NCBI GenBank assembly: GCA_964014485.1
Contig: CAXHAT010000005.1
Location: 23,226-87,225, forward strand
Origin: an uncultured Deferribacteres bacterium
GTDB taxonomy: Bacteria; Zhuqueibacterota; Zhuqueibacteria; Zhuqueibacterales; Geothermadaptataceae
Length of the DNA: 64,000 nt
Direction: 5' to 3'
The notes below the pieces were generated by a model. The model made no database searches. It was given only the letters and a program-made list of their open reading frames with translations, and had not been told where the DNA came from. Shown piece after piece: positions 8,720 to 19,300 of the stretch. A program made the translations under genes and the position numbers. Position 1 is the stretch's first letter, and every line of letters starts with the position of its first letter.

Positions 8720-10105
8720 ATGAAAAACGCTTTGAGAATAGCCGTTGTTGAAGACAACGAAACCATGCGCGAAGGGTTAGAGCAAGTCTTGCAGCATTTC
8801 GGGCATGAAGTTGTGAGTTTCGGCAACGGAGAGAACGCGCTAAAACAATTGCGCAACGGCGACAAGGCCGACGTTTTAATTTCCGACTACAAGCTGCCGG
8901 GAATGAACGGCCTTGATTTGCTCGGAAAAGCGCGCGAGCATTTACCGGAACTTGAAATGATGATGATCACGGCGTTTGGATCCATCGATCTGGCCGTGCA
9001 AGCCATGCAAAAAGGCGCGGCGGATTTTATTACCAAGCCGTTCTCGGCGGATGAAATCGGCGTGAAGGTGGAACGCATCGCCGAGAGGCTTTTGCAGCGA
9101 CGGAAGCTGCGAAAGCTTGAGGCGGAAAATCAATATTTTCGCCGAGAAGTGGAAGCTGAATTTAATGCCGGAGAGATTATTGGCGCAGCGCCCTCGATGC
9201 AGGCGGTTTTTAAGACGATTGAAAAAGTTGCGAAAACGGACGCCACGGTGATTATTTTTGGCGAAAGCGGCACCGGCAAGGAACTCGTCGCGCGTGCGAT
9301 TCACAAAAACAGCGCGCGGCGAGAAAACCCGTTTGTACGCGTCAATTGCGGCGCTCTGGCCGAGGGCGTTTTGGAGTCGGAAATGTTCGGACATGAGAAG
9401 GGCTCTTTCACGGGAGCGCTGCGGAAGAAGCTGGGACGTTTTGAATTGGCCAACGAAGGCACGATTTTTCTTGATGAAATCGGCGATATTTCTCCGTCAA
9501 TGCAGGTGCGGCTGTTGCGCGTTTTGCAGGAGCGTGAGTTCGAGCGCGTTGGCGGCGAAGAGACGATTCATGTCGATGTACGCGTTATCGCGGCGACGCA
9601 TCGGGATTTAAAGGCCGAGGTTGACGCCGGGAGATTCCGGGAAGATTTGTACTACCGCTTGCACATCGTTCCGCTCACAATCCCGCCGCTGCGCCAAAGA
9701 TTGGATGACGTTACAGCGCTGGCAAACCATTTTTTGACCAGAGCAAAAAGCGCGTTCAACCGGCCTGGGCTCCAACTGGACGAGCAAGCGTTACAAGCTT
9801 TGGCTGAGTATCATTGGCCGGGCAATGTACGCGAGTTGGAAAATGTTATCGAACGTTCCGCTGTGCTCTGCGACGGCGATACAATTTCAGTAGAAGATTT
9901 GCCCTTGCTTGTGAAGGACGAATCGGCGATGTTGACGCTTAGCGAAGATGAAATGGATTTGAACAAAGCGGTCGATCAAGTAGAGCGGGCGCTGATCGAA
10001 CGCGCAATGAAGCTTGCTCACGGCGTCAAAGCCGAAGCTGCGCGTAAACTCGGCATTAAAACGACGACATTGTTGTACAAACTTTCGAAGTTTGGCATTG
10101 AATAA
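8720..10105 (+). CDS. Sigma54-dependent response regulator (NtrC/AtoC family)
   Basis: Receiver domain, GESGTGKE, GSFTGA, FLDEIG, WPGNVRELEN, C-terminal HTH; start moved to ATG 8720. Confidence 0.95.
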   Translation: MKNALRIAVVEDNETMREGLEQVLQHFGHEVVSFGNGENALKQLRNGDKADVLISDYKLPGMNGLDLLGKAREHLPELEMMMITAFGSIDLAVQAMQKGAADFITKPFSADEIGVKVERIAERLLQRRKLRKLEAENQYFRREVEAEFNAGEIIGAAPSMQAVFKTIEKVAKTDATVIIFGESGTGKELVARAIHKNSARRENPFVRVNCGALAEGVLESEMFGHEKGSFTGALRKKLGRFELANEGTIFLDEIGDISPSMQVRLLRVLQEREFERVGGEETIHVDVRVIAATHRDLKAEVDAGRFREDLYYRLHIVPLTIPPLRQRLDDVTALANHFLTRAKSAFNRPGLQLDEQALQALAEYHWPGNVRELENVIERSAVLCDGDTISVEDLPLLVKDESAMLTLSEDEMDLNKAVDQVERALIERAMKLAHGVKAEAARKLGIKTTTLLYKLSKFGIE

Positions 10106-11265
10106 TGAACTTTTGGTTTAAAATAAAAATTTCTTTCGGGCGGCTATTCCCATGTTGTTGGGAGCCCGCTAAACGCGCAAAATTGCCGGACTCCCGACCA
10201 GGCGCGAATAACCGGAGCGAGGTGCGACGCTTTTTGGCCAACGTCGTTTCCAAAACCTTTTTTGTTGGTTGCTTGGTATTGCCAATGGCGATCTTTGCTC
10301 AAGAAACCGAGATTGATTCGTTGGCGCGACGATTCGAGACGCTCGAGTTGCGCTATGGCGCGGCGCAAGCGGAAGCGGCGCGACTTTCCGCTCAGGCGGA
10401 CAGTTTGGCGCGCGAAATCAAAAAGCAAAAGCGCAGGAAAAACCCCAACCTTCTGCAATCACGCGCATTGGAAGACGCTCTGCAATTTTCCTCGCGTCTT
10501 AACGGCGCACTGGAATCGGCGCGGCGGGAAGAAGGGCGATTCCTGAATGCATTGATTCAGTTCTCCAGTACGACCTTTGAAAAATTGAATAGTTTAACGG
10601 AACAGTTAGGAAGGGCGTACAATCAAGAGAAAGAAAAAAACAGGCCTGGCGGAAGAGCCGTCTTAACCGAAAACATTCGCAAAGCGCAGGATTTGCGAAG
10701 GCGGTGTCAGGCATACCTTGATCGCGTGCCGTCCCGCGTGCCGATTATTGACGTTAATATCGAGCCTTCTGATTCACCGGAGGAAGCCTCGCAAAAAATC
10801 GATTTTTTATTGGATCAAGCGGATCGCTTGGAAAAAGCCGCCTCGCAAGCAAAACAACGAGGTGCGGAAATTCGTTCGGTCGCGGATCTGGGTGCGCGCA
10901 TGAGCGATTTTGTCGAAGATTTGTCGCTCCTCGATCCGGGGAATGAGCGCGGGGACGTCAAGGAAGCCGCTTCACAGTCGCGGAACCTGAATGCGCCCGC
11001 AGAACTTGCCGTTGACGACGAAGCCGATTTCGGCCAGCGTGAAAATGCTGATGACAAGAGCTCTAACGATCTGGATATTTCGAACACTTTTTTTAATCCC
11101 GCCGGCTCTGCGAGCGCCGACTTTTCTTCGCTTTCCCCGGTAGAATTGCAAAAGCTGCTCGATGATCTTAGAGATCGCGAGAAACTATGGAAGGCGCAGG
11201 CTGACAGTTTGAAAAAAGCGGCTCGCAAGTTTCGCAAGTGGAATGATGCGAGAAAAGAGCAGTAG
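10105..11265 (+). CDS. Hypothetical secreted coiled-coil protein (start probably downstream)
   Basis: Long ORF in operon; signal-like segment ...LPMAIFA-QE followed by heptad-rich helices. Confidence 0.6.
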   Translation: MNFWFKIKISFGRLFPCCWEPAKRAKLPDSRPGANNRSEVRRFLANVVSKTFFVGCLVLPMAIFAQETEIDSLARRFETLELRYGAAQAEAARLSAQADSLAREIKKQKRRKNPNLLQSRALEDALQFSSRLNGALESARREEGRFLNALIQFSSTTFEKLNSLTEQLGRAYNQEKEKNRPGGRAVLTENIRKAQDLRRRCQAYLDRVPSRVPIIDVNIEPSDSPEEASQKIDFLLDQADRLEKAASQAKQRGAEIRSVADLGARMSDFVEDLSLLDPGNERGDVKEAASQSRNLNAPAELAVDDEADFGQRENADDKSSNDLDISNTFFNPAGSASADFSSLSPVELQKLLDDLRDREKLWKAQADSLKKAARKFRKWNDARKEQ

Positions 11266-12367
11266 CTTGCGCAAATCTGGTTCAAAAACGTCGCGAAAGT
11301 TTCAAGCCTACGGCTTCGCAGCGACTCTCCGAATTCTTCTGCTCTTGTTCTTTTTGCCTCTAAATTCCTTTTCACAAAATGGCTGGAAATTCCAGCACCG
11401 CTTGCAGGCGGGACTCGAGCAAGACAGCAATGTTTTCGAGGCGAGCGACCGCAACAGTCGCGCGAGTTCGTTAGACGCTCGGCTGCATTTCAAAACGACA
11501 GCTTCTCGATCTTGGCGTAAGGTCTTGGTCAGAACCTCGCTTTCGACCGGGTTGCAAGGCTATCCCGAATTTACAGGTGAAAGCAAATTTATCGGCGAAA
11601 TACAGTCCGCCGTGGTCTGGAAAATGTCGAGAAGAGTACAAGCGACGGTCTCGGTCGGCGGCTTCAGGAAGAGCTATGCAGACGGCGTACTGGATTTTTC
11701 GCACGGCTCAACGGGCTTGAGATTTGATTACGCCGTTTCTTCAAATTGGCGGCTTAGCGTCCTGGCTGAAGCGGCGGATTTGAATTATGACGCAACGACG
11801 TCGTTCGATCATACAGCGCGAGAGTGGGGAATCGGCTTTACTCGCCGGTTGCGAAAAAACGCACGCTTCGAAGGGCAGTTTATTGGCGGTGAGGTTGAAT
11901 ATGGCAGAAACGCGCTTGTTCTCCAATCAAACGATACGCTAGCCTTTAAAGACGCCAGACATCTGGACAAATTTGCAGGCGCCTTGTTGCGAATCTCGTT
12001 CGGCAAGAAGGTTTTGGTGAACACTTCCCTGGAATACACGCGAAACTGGTCGAACAGTTACGGATACAGCTTTGATCGTGTGCGATCTTCTACAATTATC
12101 GGGATGCGATTGCGAACTAAATGGCTTTTGCGTCTAGCCGCCGTTTTACAGCAAAAAACCTACGACGAAACGCTGTTGGCTTTTTCAGCTCTTGAGCAAG
12201 ACGTTGAGCGTAATCAAAACAACTATTTGATTTCCGACGTGAGTTATGACATTTCTCACAAGCTGTCTTACCTGGTGCGCGTCTCGGTTTTTAAGAATGA
12301 AGCGTTTTTGCGAGGGACGACTTACAGCAAGAACCAGATTTTTATTGGGATGGAATACAGGTTTTGA
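11243..12367 (+). CDS. Putative outer-membrane beta-barrel protein
   Basis: Signal-like segment, amphipathic strands, C-terminal IGMEYRF. Confidence 0.65.
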   Translation: MMREKSSSLRKSGSKTSRKFQAYGFAATLRILLLLFFLPLNSFSQNGWKFQHRLQAGLEQDSNVFEASDRNSRASSLDARLHFKTTASRSWRKVLVRTSLSTGLQGYPEFTGESKFIGEIQSAVVWKMSRRVQATVSVGGFRKSYADGVLDFSHGSTGLRFDYAVSSNWRLSVLAEAADLNYDATTSFDHTAREWGIGFTRRLRKNARFEGQFIGGEVEYGRNALVLQSNDTLAFKDARHLDKFAGALLRISFGKKVLVNTSLEYTRNWSNSYGYSFDRVRSSTIIGMRLRTKWLLRLAAVLQQKTYDETLLAFSALEQDVERNQNNYLISDVSYDISHKLSYLVRVSVFKNEAFLRGTTYSKNQIFIGMEYRF

Positions 12368-12368
12368 C

Positions 12369-12402
12369 TTCGGAATTTTGCAACGCACTTCAAAAATCCG
12401 AC
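12369..12402. promoter_or_regulatory. Candidate enhancer (UAS) pair for the sigma54 activator
   Basis: TCGGAATTTTG ... CAAAAATCCGA imperfect inverted repeat about 190 nt upstream of a -24/-12 site. Confidence 0.4.
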
Positions 12403-12591
12403 ATGACGGGCCCGCCAACCGAAAGACGGGACTCTCGGTCGCATTGAATTTGAACTTAATTTACCACCGCATGAATTATTACCGAGAGCCCTGCATTCTC
12501 GCTCAAGCTTCCCATTTTAGGTTCAAAAAGCAAGCGCATGCCATTGGCGAACATACGATGCGCGGCGGCATAATTTTTTTGATGGATTTTT

Positions 12592-12607
12592 TGGCGCCGG
12601 GCTTGCT
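12592..12607 (+). promoter_or_regulatory. Sigma54 (-24/-12) promoter
   Basis: TGGCGCCGGGCTTGCT, GG-N10-GC, about 55 nt before ATG 12662. Confidence 0.65.
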
Positions 12608-12661
12608 GTTAGGCTGTATGTGACTTAGGACATTTTTTGAAATTAAGGAGAATTAGACAAG

Positions 12662-13540
12662 ATGTCAAAATTCATTAAATATCGCGCTTCTCATACCCTG
12701 CGTTACTTTGCATTTGTTGTTGTGGGCGCGCTTTGGTTTGGATGTTCAAATGAGCAGATTTTGAATTCATCGGATGAAGCGCTTTCGCTAACGCCGGTTA
12801 TTGATCTCGAAATCACCGGCGGGTTTGCCGGCGTAAATCGAAACCTTGAAATATTTCAAGACGGTCGAGTGGAGTACCAGTCCCTGAGATTAAATCAGGG
12901 AGCGTTTAATGACGTCATTTCTCAGGAAAAGCTAGCCGAGTTGAAACAACTGGCTGTTGACAACAACTTTTTCCGATCTGAGAAACAGTACTTTTTAGAT
13001 CAAGCCGCCGATTTGTTTGTTTACAAATTGAATATCGTGCAAGACGATCTGGAGAACACTGTCGAGTTGAACTACGAAGCGGCGCCGCTCGAGTTAAGGG
13101 AAGTCATCGACGCGTTGTCAGATATTTTGCAGGAGGTGGCGGAGCATACGCTAAATCTCGCCGTGTCACTTTCCGCCGATACTCTTGAAGCAGGTGACTC
13201 GCTCACCGTTAATCTTTCCGTTGAAAACGCATCTGAAGAAGCGCTTGAGCTGCTTTTCAAGTCCGGGCAGATTTATGATTTTTTTATTACTGACGGCAGC
13301 GACGGCGCGAGTTTTCCGAGCAACGAACAAGCGACGGTTTGGACTTGGTCTGCAAACAAACTTTTCACTCAGGCTGCGCACACAATTTCGCTTGACGCCG
13401 GCGAATCGAAATCATATTCGATTGAGTGGGACGGCGCTAACCTTTCCGGCGAGCGTTTGCAGGGCGATTTCTGGGTGGGCGCAAGGCTGGTTTCAACGCC
13501 CGGCGGCGTTTCGCCCTTGGTCAAAGTTCATGTTCGGTAA
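12662..13540 (+). CDS. Lipoprotein with C-terminal BsuPI (intracellular proteinase inhibitor-like) domain and emfourin-like N-domain
   Basis: WFGC lipobox; ITGGFAG motif; FKSGQIYDF...VWTWS...FTQA...WD BsuPI pattern. Confidence 0.65.
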   Translation: MSKFIKYRASHTLRYFAFVVVGALWFGCSNEQILNSSDEALSLTPVIDLEITGGFAGVNRNLEIFQDGRVEYQSLRLNQGAFNDVISQEKLAELKQLAVDNNFFRSEKQYFLDQAADLFVYKLNIVQDDLENTVELNYEAAPLELREVIDALSDILQEVAEHTLNLAVSLSADTLEAGDSLTVNLSVENASEEALELLFKSGQIYDFFITDGSDGASFPSNEQATVWTWSANKLFTQAAHTISLDAGESKSYSIEWDGANLSGERLQGDFWVGARLVSTPGGVSPLVKVHVR

Positions 13541-13671
13541 TGCCGGATTTTGAAGAAAAACGTTTTCGTTTTGATGGAGCTTTCGAATGTTGAGTTTCCA
13601 TTTTATGAAAGATCGATAGAGCTCCATCAATCCGAAATCCCAAATAATTCTTTCCCTGATATTTTTCCTTA

Positions 13672-13811
13672 GAGTGCATTTGGAAAGTCCCTGTCTTGTC
13701 ATTCCGTAGGAATCTTTTTGGGTCGCCAGGCATGAACGTTCCCACAATTTTTGCGGAAAAGCCTAAAAAGATGCTTACAGCATGACAATTTTGGACTTTC
13801 CAAATACGCTC
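13672..13811. mobile_element. MITE-like element with IS5/IS1031-type ends (GAG...CTC, TTA duplication) carrying a family-B repeat
   Basis: GAGTGCATTTGGAAAGTCC / GGACTTTCCAAATACGCTC (2 mismatches); TTA at 13669-13671 and 13812-13814. Confidence 0.7.
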
Positions 13812-13949
13812 TTAGTCTTTCGATGTTCTTCCCGCTGAGGCCATCCTGGTCTCCTCTTGTTGTATTTTTAACCCGTCGCGGCTGATTGCTCTACGTCGCG
13901 TGAAGTACAATTTGTGTAAATTGTTATGGTTCAATTCATGGAGAAAACA

Positions 13950-14585
13950 ATGAAAACACACATTTTTCAATCCAAGCTACGTGCGTTTTGGAAGCACGCA
14001 GCCGTCGGAGCGCTTTGCGTGCTTTTGTCGACGCCGCTTTTCGCACAAACAAAAGGATGGCAAGTGCAATTGCTGGGCGGCGTATTCACGCCTTTGCGCG
14101 GCGAACTTGAGAATGTCTACGGCAATACCCCGGCTTTGCAACTTGCTTTACGCGCTCCTTTAGGAGAAAACGGGCGTTTAAAAATCGGCGCGTCTTATTA
14201 TGGCGCTTCCGGCGATCCCTATTATTTCGCCCGAGATTTTAACGCCGGAGATAACACCGGACAATTCCGTATGGCAGCCATTGATCTCGGCGTGGAATTA
14301 ACCAGCGCCAAAATGACCAATCCGCGCATCTACCTCGGAGCCGGGATTTCCTATTATTACGGTGCACATGAGATCAAAAATCTGGAAAAATACACCGGGC
14401 AAGGCTTGGGCGCCGTGTTCACGTTAGCTCCGGAATTTCGTGTCAACGATCGCGTCTCGATTATGTTAGAACCGGCTTTGCGTCTCGGCGATCTTCGCTT
14501 GCGGGGCGATACTGAGCGTTTTCGGTTTGACGTCACCGGCGCAAGTATTTCGCTGGGCGCTTCTTATGATTTGAGCGGAATTTGA
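13950..14585 (+). CDS. Outer-membrane beta-barrel protein
   Basis: GGAG SD, signal peptide ending LFA-Q, alternating beta-strands. Confidence 0.65.
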   Translation: MKTHIFQSKLRAFWKHAAVGALCVLLSTPLFAQTKGWQVQLLGGVFTPLRGELENVYGNTPALQLALRAPLGENGRLKIGASYYGASGDPYYFARDFNAGDNTGQFRMAAIDLGVELTSAKMTNPRIYLGAGISYYYGAHEIKNLEKYTGQGLGAVFTLAPEFRVNDRVSIMLEPALRLGDLRLRGDTERFRFDVTGASISLGASYDLSGI

Positions 14586-14665
14586 ATCAGTAATCGGTTA
14601 ACAATAAACTGATCTGATATGGCATTAGAAAAAAATAATTGAACAATTTTTTGGAGAGATTCGTG

Positions 14666-15754
14666 ATGAAAAAGCTTATTTATTCCGCGGCCTTGGCCGT
14701 CGCCGGGCTGATGGCGATTGGTACAACCTACAACGTCGCGGATACGGCGTGTATTGTTTTCCCGCAAAACGGTAGAGACATTTTCGGATTGGCGCAGCGC
14801 AATATTTACGTCATTGATGGAAATCGCGTCTCTTTTATTCCACAGCTCAATTTTGAAGGCGACGCTGAAGATTTCGGTATTTTGGTGCCCGTGCCCAGCC
14901 TGCCGGAACTATCTACGGTGAATGCGCAGGTTTTTTCCGAAGCCAGTTTCTTAACCCAGCCTTTAGTGCGCAGTTCGGGGCAAGGCTGCGGCTGCGATGA
15001 TGATTCCAACGTTTTTTTGGCCTTCCCGGATGAAGCACGTTTCTCCGCTGAAGACGGCGCTATCGTAGCGGACGACGGCGTGAACATCATTTTTGAAGAA
15101 GTTGTGGGCGCTTATAACGCGACGGTTTTGCAAGCCAACAATCCCGGCGCTTTGACTGTTTGGCTGCAAGAAAACGGCTACCAGTACGAACTTGCAGATT
15201 CCAGCGTCTTGGCTGAATATGTTCAGGACAACTGGTTTTTCGTCGCCATGCAGCTCGACCCGTCGCAGGTTCCGCAATTCGTTGATCGCTGGTGGAGTGC
15301 GACAACCTCTCCGGCAAAAATCAGCTTTACGTACGATCAGGCAGAGTTGCGCTACCCGCTCAAAGCCACTTCAATCAGCACCGGCGAAAAAGCCGAAGTG
15401 TTGATTTACACAATCAGCGATAAGCCCATGCGTTTTGACGGGGCCGAGGTTGAGTATGCGAACGAAATTGACGGCGCGGAAGCGGATATTATTGCCGGTC
15501 GTTATCCCGGACTTTATGATTTTATCTCGACCGGAAGCTTCGTGACCAAGCTGCGAAAGGATTTCAGACGTTCTGAAATGGATCAGGATTTTATGATTTC
15601 TCCAAGCGAAGATCGGCGAGAATTTCGCGAAATCGTTTACATTGATAACGCCGGCTTTCAATTAAGCGGCTTGATTTTGCTCGTACTGCTGATCAAATTA
15701 CGTCGTCGTTTTTTCGCAGGTGAAGTCAATCGCGATGCTGGAAAATCAGTTTAG
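14666..15754 (+). CDS. DUF2330-family protein with C-terminal membrane anchor
   Basis: FEGDAEDFGILVPVP, VGAYNATVL, WLQENGY, WFFVAM motifs; C-terminal TM plus RRR. Confidence 0.75.
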   Translation: MKKLIYSAALAVAGLMAIGTTYNVADTACIVFPQNGRDIFGLAQRNIYVIDGNRVSFIPQLNFEGDAEDFGILVPVPSLPELSTVNAQVFSEASFLTQPLVRSSGQGCGCDDDSNVFLAFPDEARFSAEDGAIVADDGVNIIFEEVVGAYNATVLQANNPGALTVWLQENGYQYELADSSVLAEYVQDNWFFVAMQLDPSQVPQFVDRWWSATTSPAKISFTYDQAELRYPLKATSISTGEKAEVLIYTISDKPMRFDGAEVEYANEIDGAEADIIAGRYPGLYDFISTGSFVTKLRKDFRRSEMDQDFMISPSEDRREFREIVYIDNAGFQLSGLILLVLLIKLRRRFFAGEVNRDAGKSV

Positions 15755-15956
15755 CTTGTCCATCAATTTTCCCACGTAAAAAAACCTAAAGCGGTGTTGA
15801 GACCGGACAACAAAAATCAAAACTGGCCTGTCTCATACCGCTTGTTTCTCGCCTTGAAACCACGCGTCTCTTTCCCGCTGCTTAGCTCAAAAAGCATGTT
15901 CCCGGTTTCTAACTTTGCTTCTCAATTGCTGGACATATCAGCTTCAAACGTCGTTT

Positions 15957-15973
15957 TGCACAGAGATTGTGCA
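15957..15973. promoter_or_regulatory. NtrC-type binding site
   Basis: TGCAC-AGAGATT-GTGCA matches TGCAC-N7-GTGCA, about 115 nt upstream of the -24 element. Confidence 0.5.
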
Positions 15974-16085
15974 AGAAATGTCACAGTTATGTCCGTTCTT
16001 GGTAAAATGTCGTTGTTCATTTGATGCGCTAAGCTATTGTTTTGTAAAATTCTAAGATGGGTTTGTCTGCTGCACGAATGTTTGC

Positions 16086-16101
16086 TGGCACAAGGTTAGC
16101 A
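16086..16101 (+). promoter_or_regulatory. Sigma54 promoter upstream of susC
   Basis: TGGCACAAGGTTAGCA, GG-N10-GC. Confidence 0.6.
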
Positions 16102-16392
16102 GTTGGCAGACGCGTCTGATTTTCCGCCCTAAGCACAGACGGTTGGCGCGTTTACGGCGGGAAAGCTCAAGGTTTATTTTCATGGATTGCTCTGTCCATG
16201 GTTCTCTTGGCTGACCAACAGCGTTTCCGCTTGTTGCTCCTTGTGAAAACGCTGTTGGAATTAATTCATTGGATTTAGGATAAGTTGGCTCAATCGACGT
16301 TTGTGCGACGTTTATCGAAGTGTTGCATATCGTCTGTGGGCGGGATTGTCCTGTTCCTCAAACTCATGGTTCTCTTAGTGGAAGGAGGAGCT

Positions 16393-19300
16393 ATGTTTAA
16401 AAAGTTCTTTTCTATCTCACTGGCAAGCTTGCTCGTACTCTTTGCCTCAGTTGCGTTTGCTCAAGATGCAACGGTCGCAGGGACGGTTAACGATGAAGCT
16501 GGCGAAGCGCTAGTAGGCGCAAACGTCTTCCTGGAAGGCACAAACCTAGGGGCCGCAACTGATGAGAATGGTTCTTATCGGTTTGTTGTCGCCGCATCTT
16601 ATGTCAGAGGTCAAGAAGTTAAGATTACGGCTCGCTTCATTGGCTACAGGCACAAGACGGAACGCGTCACTTTGAATCCGGGGAATATCAACCTGGACTT
16701 TGCTTTGGCGGAAGACGTCTTGAAAATGGACGCCATTGTTGTTACTGGAGTTGTTGACGAGACTCCAAAAACAAAATTGGCATTTTCCGTAGCTTCGGTC
16801 GACCAGGAAGCATTAGAGCATGCTCCCGCCGGTTCTCCTGAAGCGGCGCTGCGCGGCAAGGTCGCCGGCGTTAAAGTCGTTCGAGGCAGCGGCCAGCCAG
16901 GCTCTGAAGCTTCTGTGCTGCTGAGAGCGCCAATCATGATCAATGCATCAGGACGTTCTCAGGATCCGCTGTACATTGTTGACGGCGTGATCATTGACCC
17001 ATCCGTTTCCGGCAGCCCCTTGTCGGATATTCCAACCGAAGACATCGAAAGTATGGAAGTTGTAAAAGGCGCAGCGGGCGCTTCGCTTTACGGCTCTCGT
17101 GCGGCTAACGGCGTTGTCGTGATTAACACCAAGCGCGGCAACAAGCTTGGCGTTGGACAGACCAAAGTCCATGTTCGTAATGAGTTCGGTTTTAACTCTC
17201 TTGCCAAACAGCTCGATTTGAATGGAAGCCACGCATTTTTGACGGCGTCAACCTCTTACACTGACGCATTCGGCAGAAGCGTGACCCCTGGCGATTTTGT
17301 TGACGGCGAAGGCAATTGGGTCGATCCGCGTTCTACTTCAGGGCGCCTTACGGATAACGTTGCTTGGTCAAACGATATTTTCTTTGCTGACAAGCCTTTT
17401 AAATGGGTCGGCACCGGCACTAACGGTCCTGGCGACGTATTTGGTGTTGTAAGCGGCGATTCTATCGCGCCAACACTGCTGACGGAGCCGCTCGATGCGT
17501 TGGGTCGTTTTTTCGATCCAAGTGATTTTATCAGCAATACGGTCTCTATTAGCCGGAATATGGAAAAGACCAACTTCTTGGTCAGTTTCGGCAACAACAC
17601 CGAGTCAGGCGTTATTGACGGAATCGATGGATTCAACCGGAAAACCGCGAGAATCAACCTCGATCACAAATTCGGCAATGATTTGACTGTCGGCGTTTCT
17701 ACATTGATTAGTCAATCTGAACGTGACGTTGCCGGTAATGATAACAATGACGGCTTTAGCGGCGGCGGCGCCAACCCGTTCTTTGCTCTTACTTTCATGT
17801 CTCCGGAAGTAGACTTGAGTCTAAGAGATGAACGCGGTTTTTATATTGTTGCTCCGAATCCGGTCGCCTTGGAAGACAATCCTCTGATTTCTCTCCTTGA
17901 ATATGATCGACTGGATTCTCGGAAACGGATTCTTGGCAGTATCACCTCACGCTGGGCGCCGACGAATTCCTTCAACCTTGAAGGTGCGTTTAGCTATGAT
18001 CGCTCAGATCGTACCGGTTTTAATTTCCAGCCAAAGGGCATTCCGACTGAAGGCCAGCCTGGCGGTATCCCCGGACGGATGTTGAAAGGCGGCGCTATTG
18101 ATGAGGCGTTGAACGGTAGCGTTACTGCACAATTCTCTCGTGCGTTCAACGATTTGACCGTACGCACGAAAGCGCAAGGTTTGTTCGAGCGCACCACGCG
18201 CGAATCCTTCTTCGGTGAAGGCGAAATCTTCGCGACTGGCGGCATTCGCAACATCGGCTCTACGCAAGTTCAGGACGCAGGCTCCGGCGAATCGGACATC
18301 CGCTCTACTGGTTATTCGTTGATCAGTGCGTTCGACTACAAAGATCGTTACATTGTAGACTTTCTTGTCCGTCGTGACGGCAGTTCGCTTTTTGGCTCCG
18401 ACGAAAGATGGGCAACTTACTATCGCGCAAGCGGCGCCTACCGCTTGTCTCAGGAGAGCTGGTGGTTCTTGCCTGCTTTTGAAGAATTCAAGATTCGCGG
18501 TTCTTACGGCACCGCCGGCGGTCGCCCGAACTTCAGCGCACGCTTCGAAACCTGGAGCGTAACCGGCTCCGGTCAGGTGGTTAAGGGCAACTTGGGTAAC
18601 AAAGAACTCAAGCCTGAATTCTCCAAAGAATTGGAACTCGGCGTTGACTTCACTTTCTTGAATCGTTTCTCAGTTGAAGCAAGCTACGTCGACGTTCAGA
18701 CTGAAGATCAGCTTCTGTTTGCTCCGCTTCCGGGCTATGCTGGATACAACGCACGCTGGATCAACGGCGGTACGCTGGATTCAAAAATCTGGGAAGCCAG
18801 TTTGAATGCTTCTCTGAAGCAAACCAGAGACTTTAGCTGGACTGCAGGATTCAATTTTGATCGTACGCGCTCCACGCTGTCGCAAATTGACGTTCCGGCA
18901 TACAGCGTCTCATATTTCCGCATCGTTGAAGGCGACGCATTTGGCACCTTCTATGGCGATAAGTGGGTCACAGACGTTAGCGAACTGAACCCAGGTCTGC
19001 CTGCTGACGAGTTCCAGGTCAACGATGACGGTTATCTCGTTTGGGTTGGCTCAGGCAACACTTACACGGACGGTATCAGCAATGAGCTCTGGGGAACCAG
19101 CGCTGATTTTACCGATAGCAACGGCAACACCCGTAATTATCGCTGGGGTATTCCGATCAAGGCTCAAACGTTGAACGAAGACGGAACCATCAACGAAAAC
19201 CATCCGATTGGCGATTCCACTCCAGACTTCAACCTCAGTTTCACCAACACTCTTCGCTGGAAAGGTCTGACTTTCTATGGTCTGCTCGATGCACAGATTG

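Noticed and set aside
8451..8865. Short ORFs and the N-terminal extension of the response regulator from 8633
   Set aside because: They derive from the palindromic repeat or are antisense; the receiver domain starts at 8720
16285..16392. Longer susC start
   Set aside because: The strong SD and signal peptide fit ATG 16393
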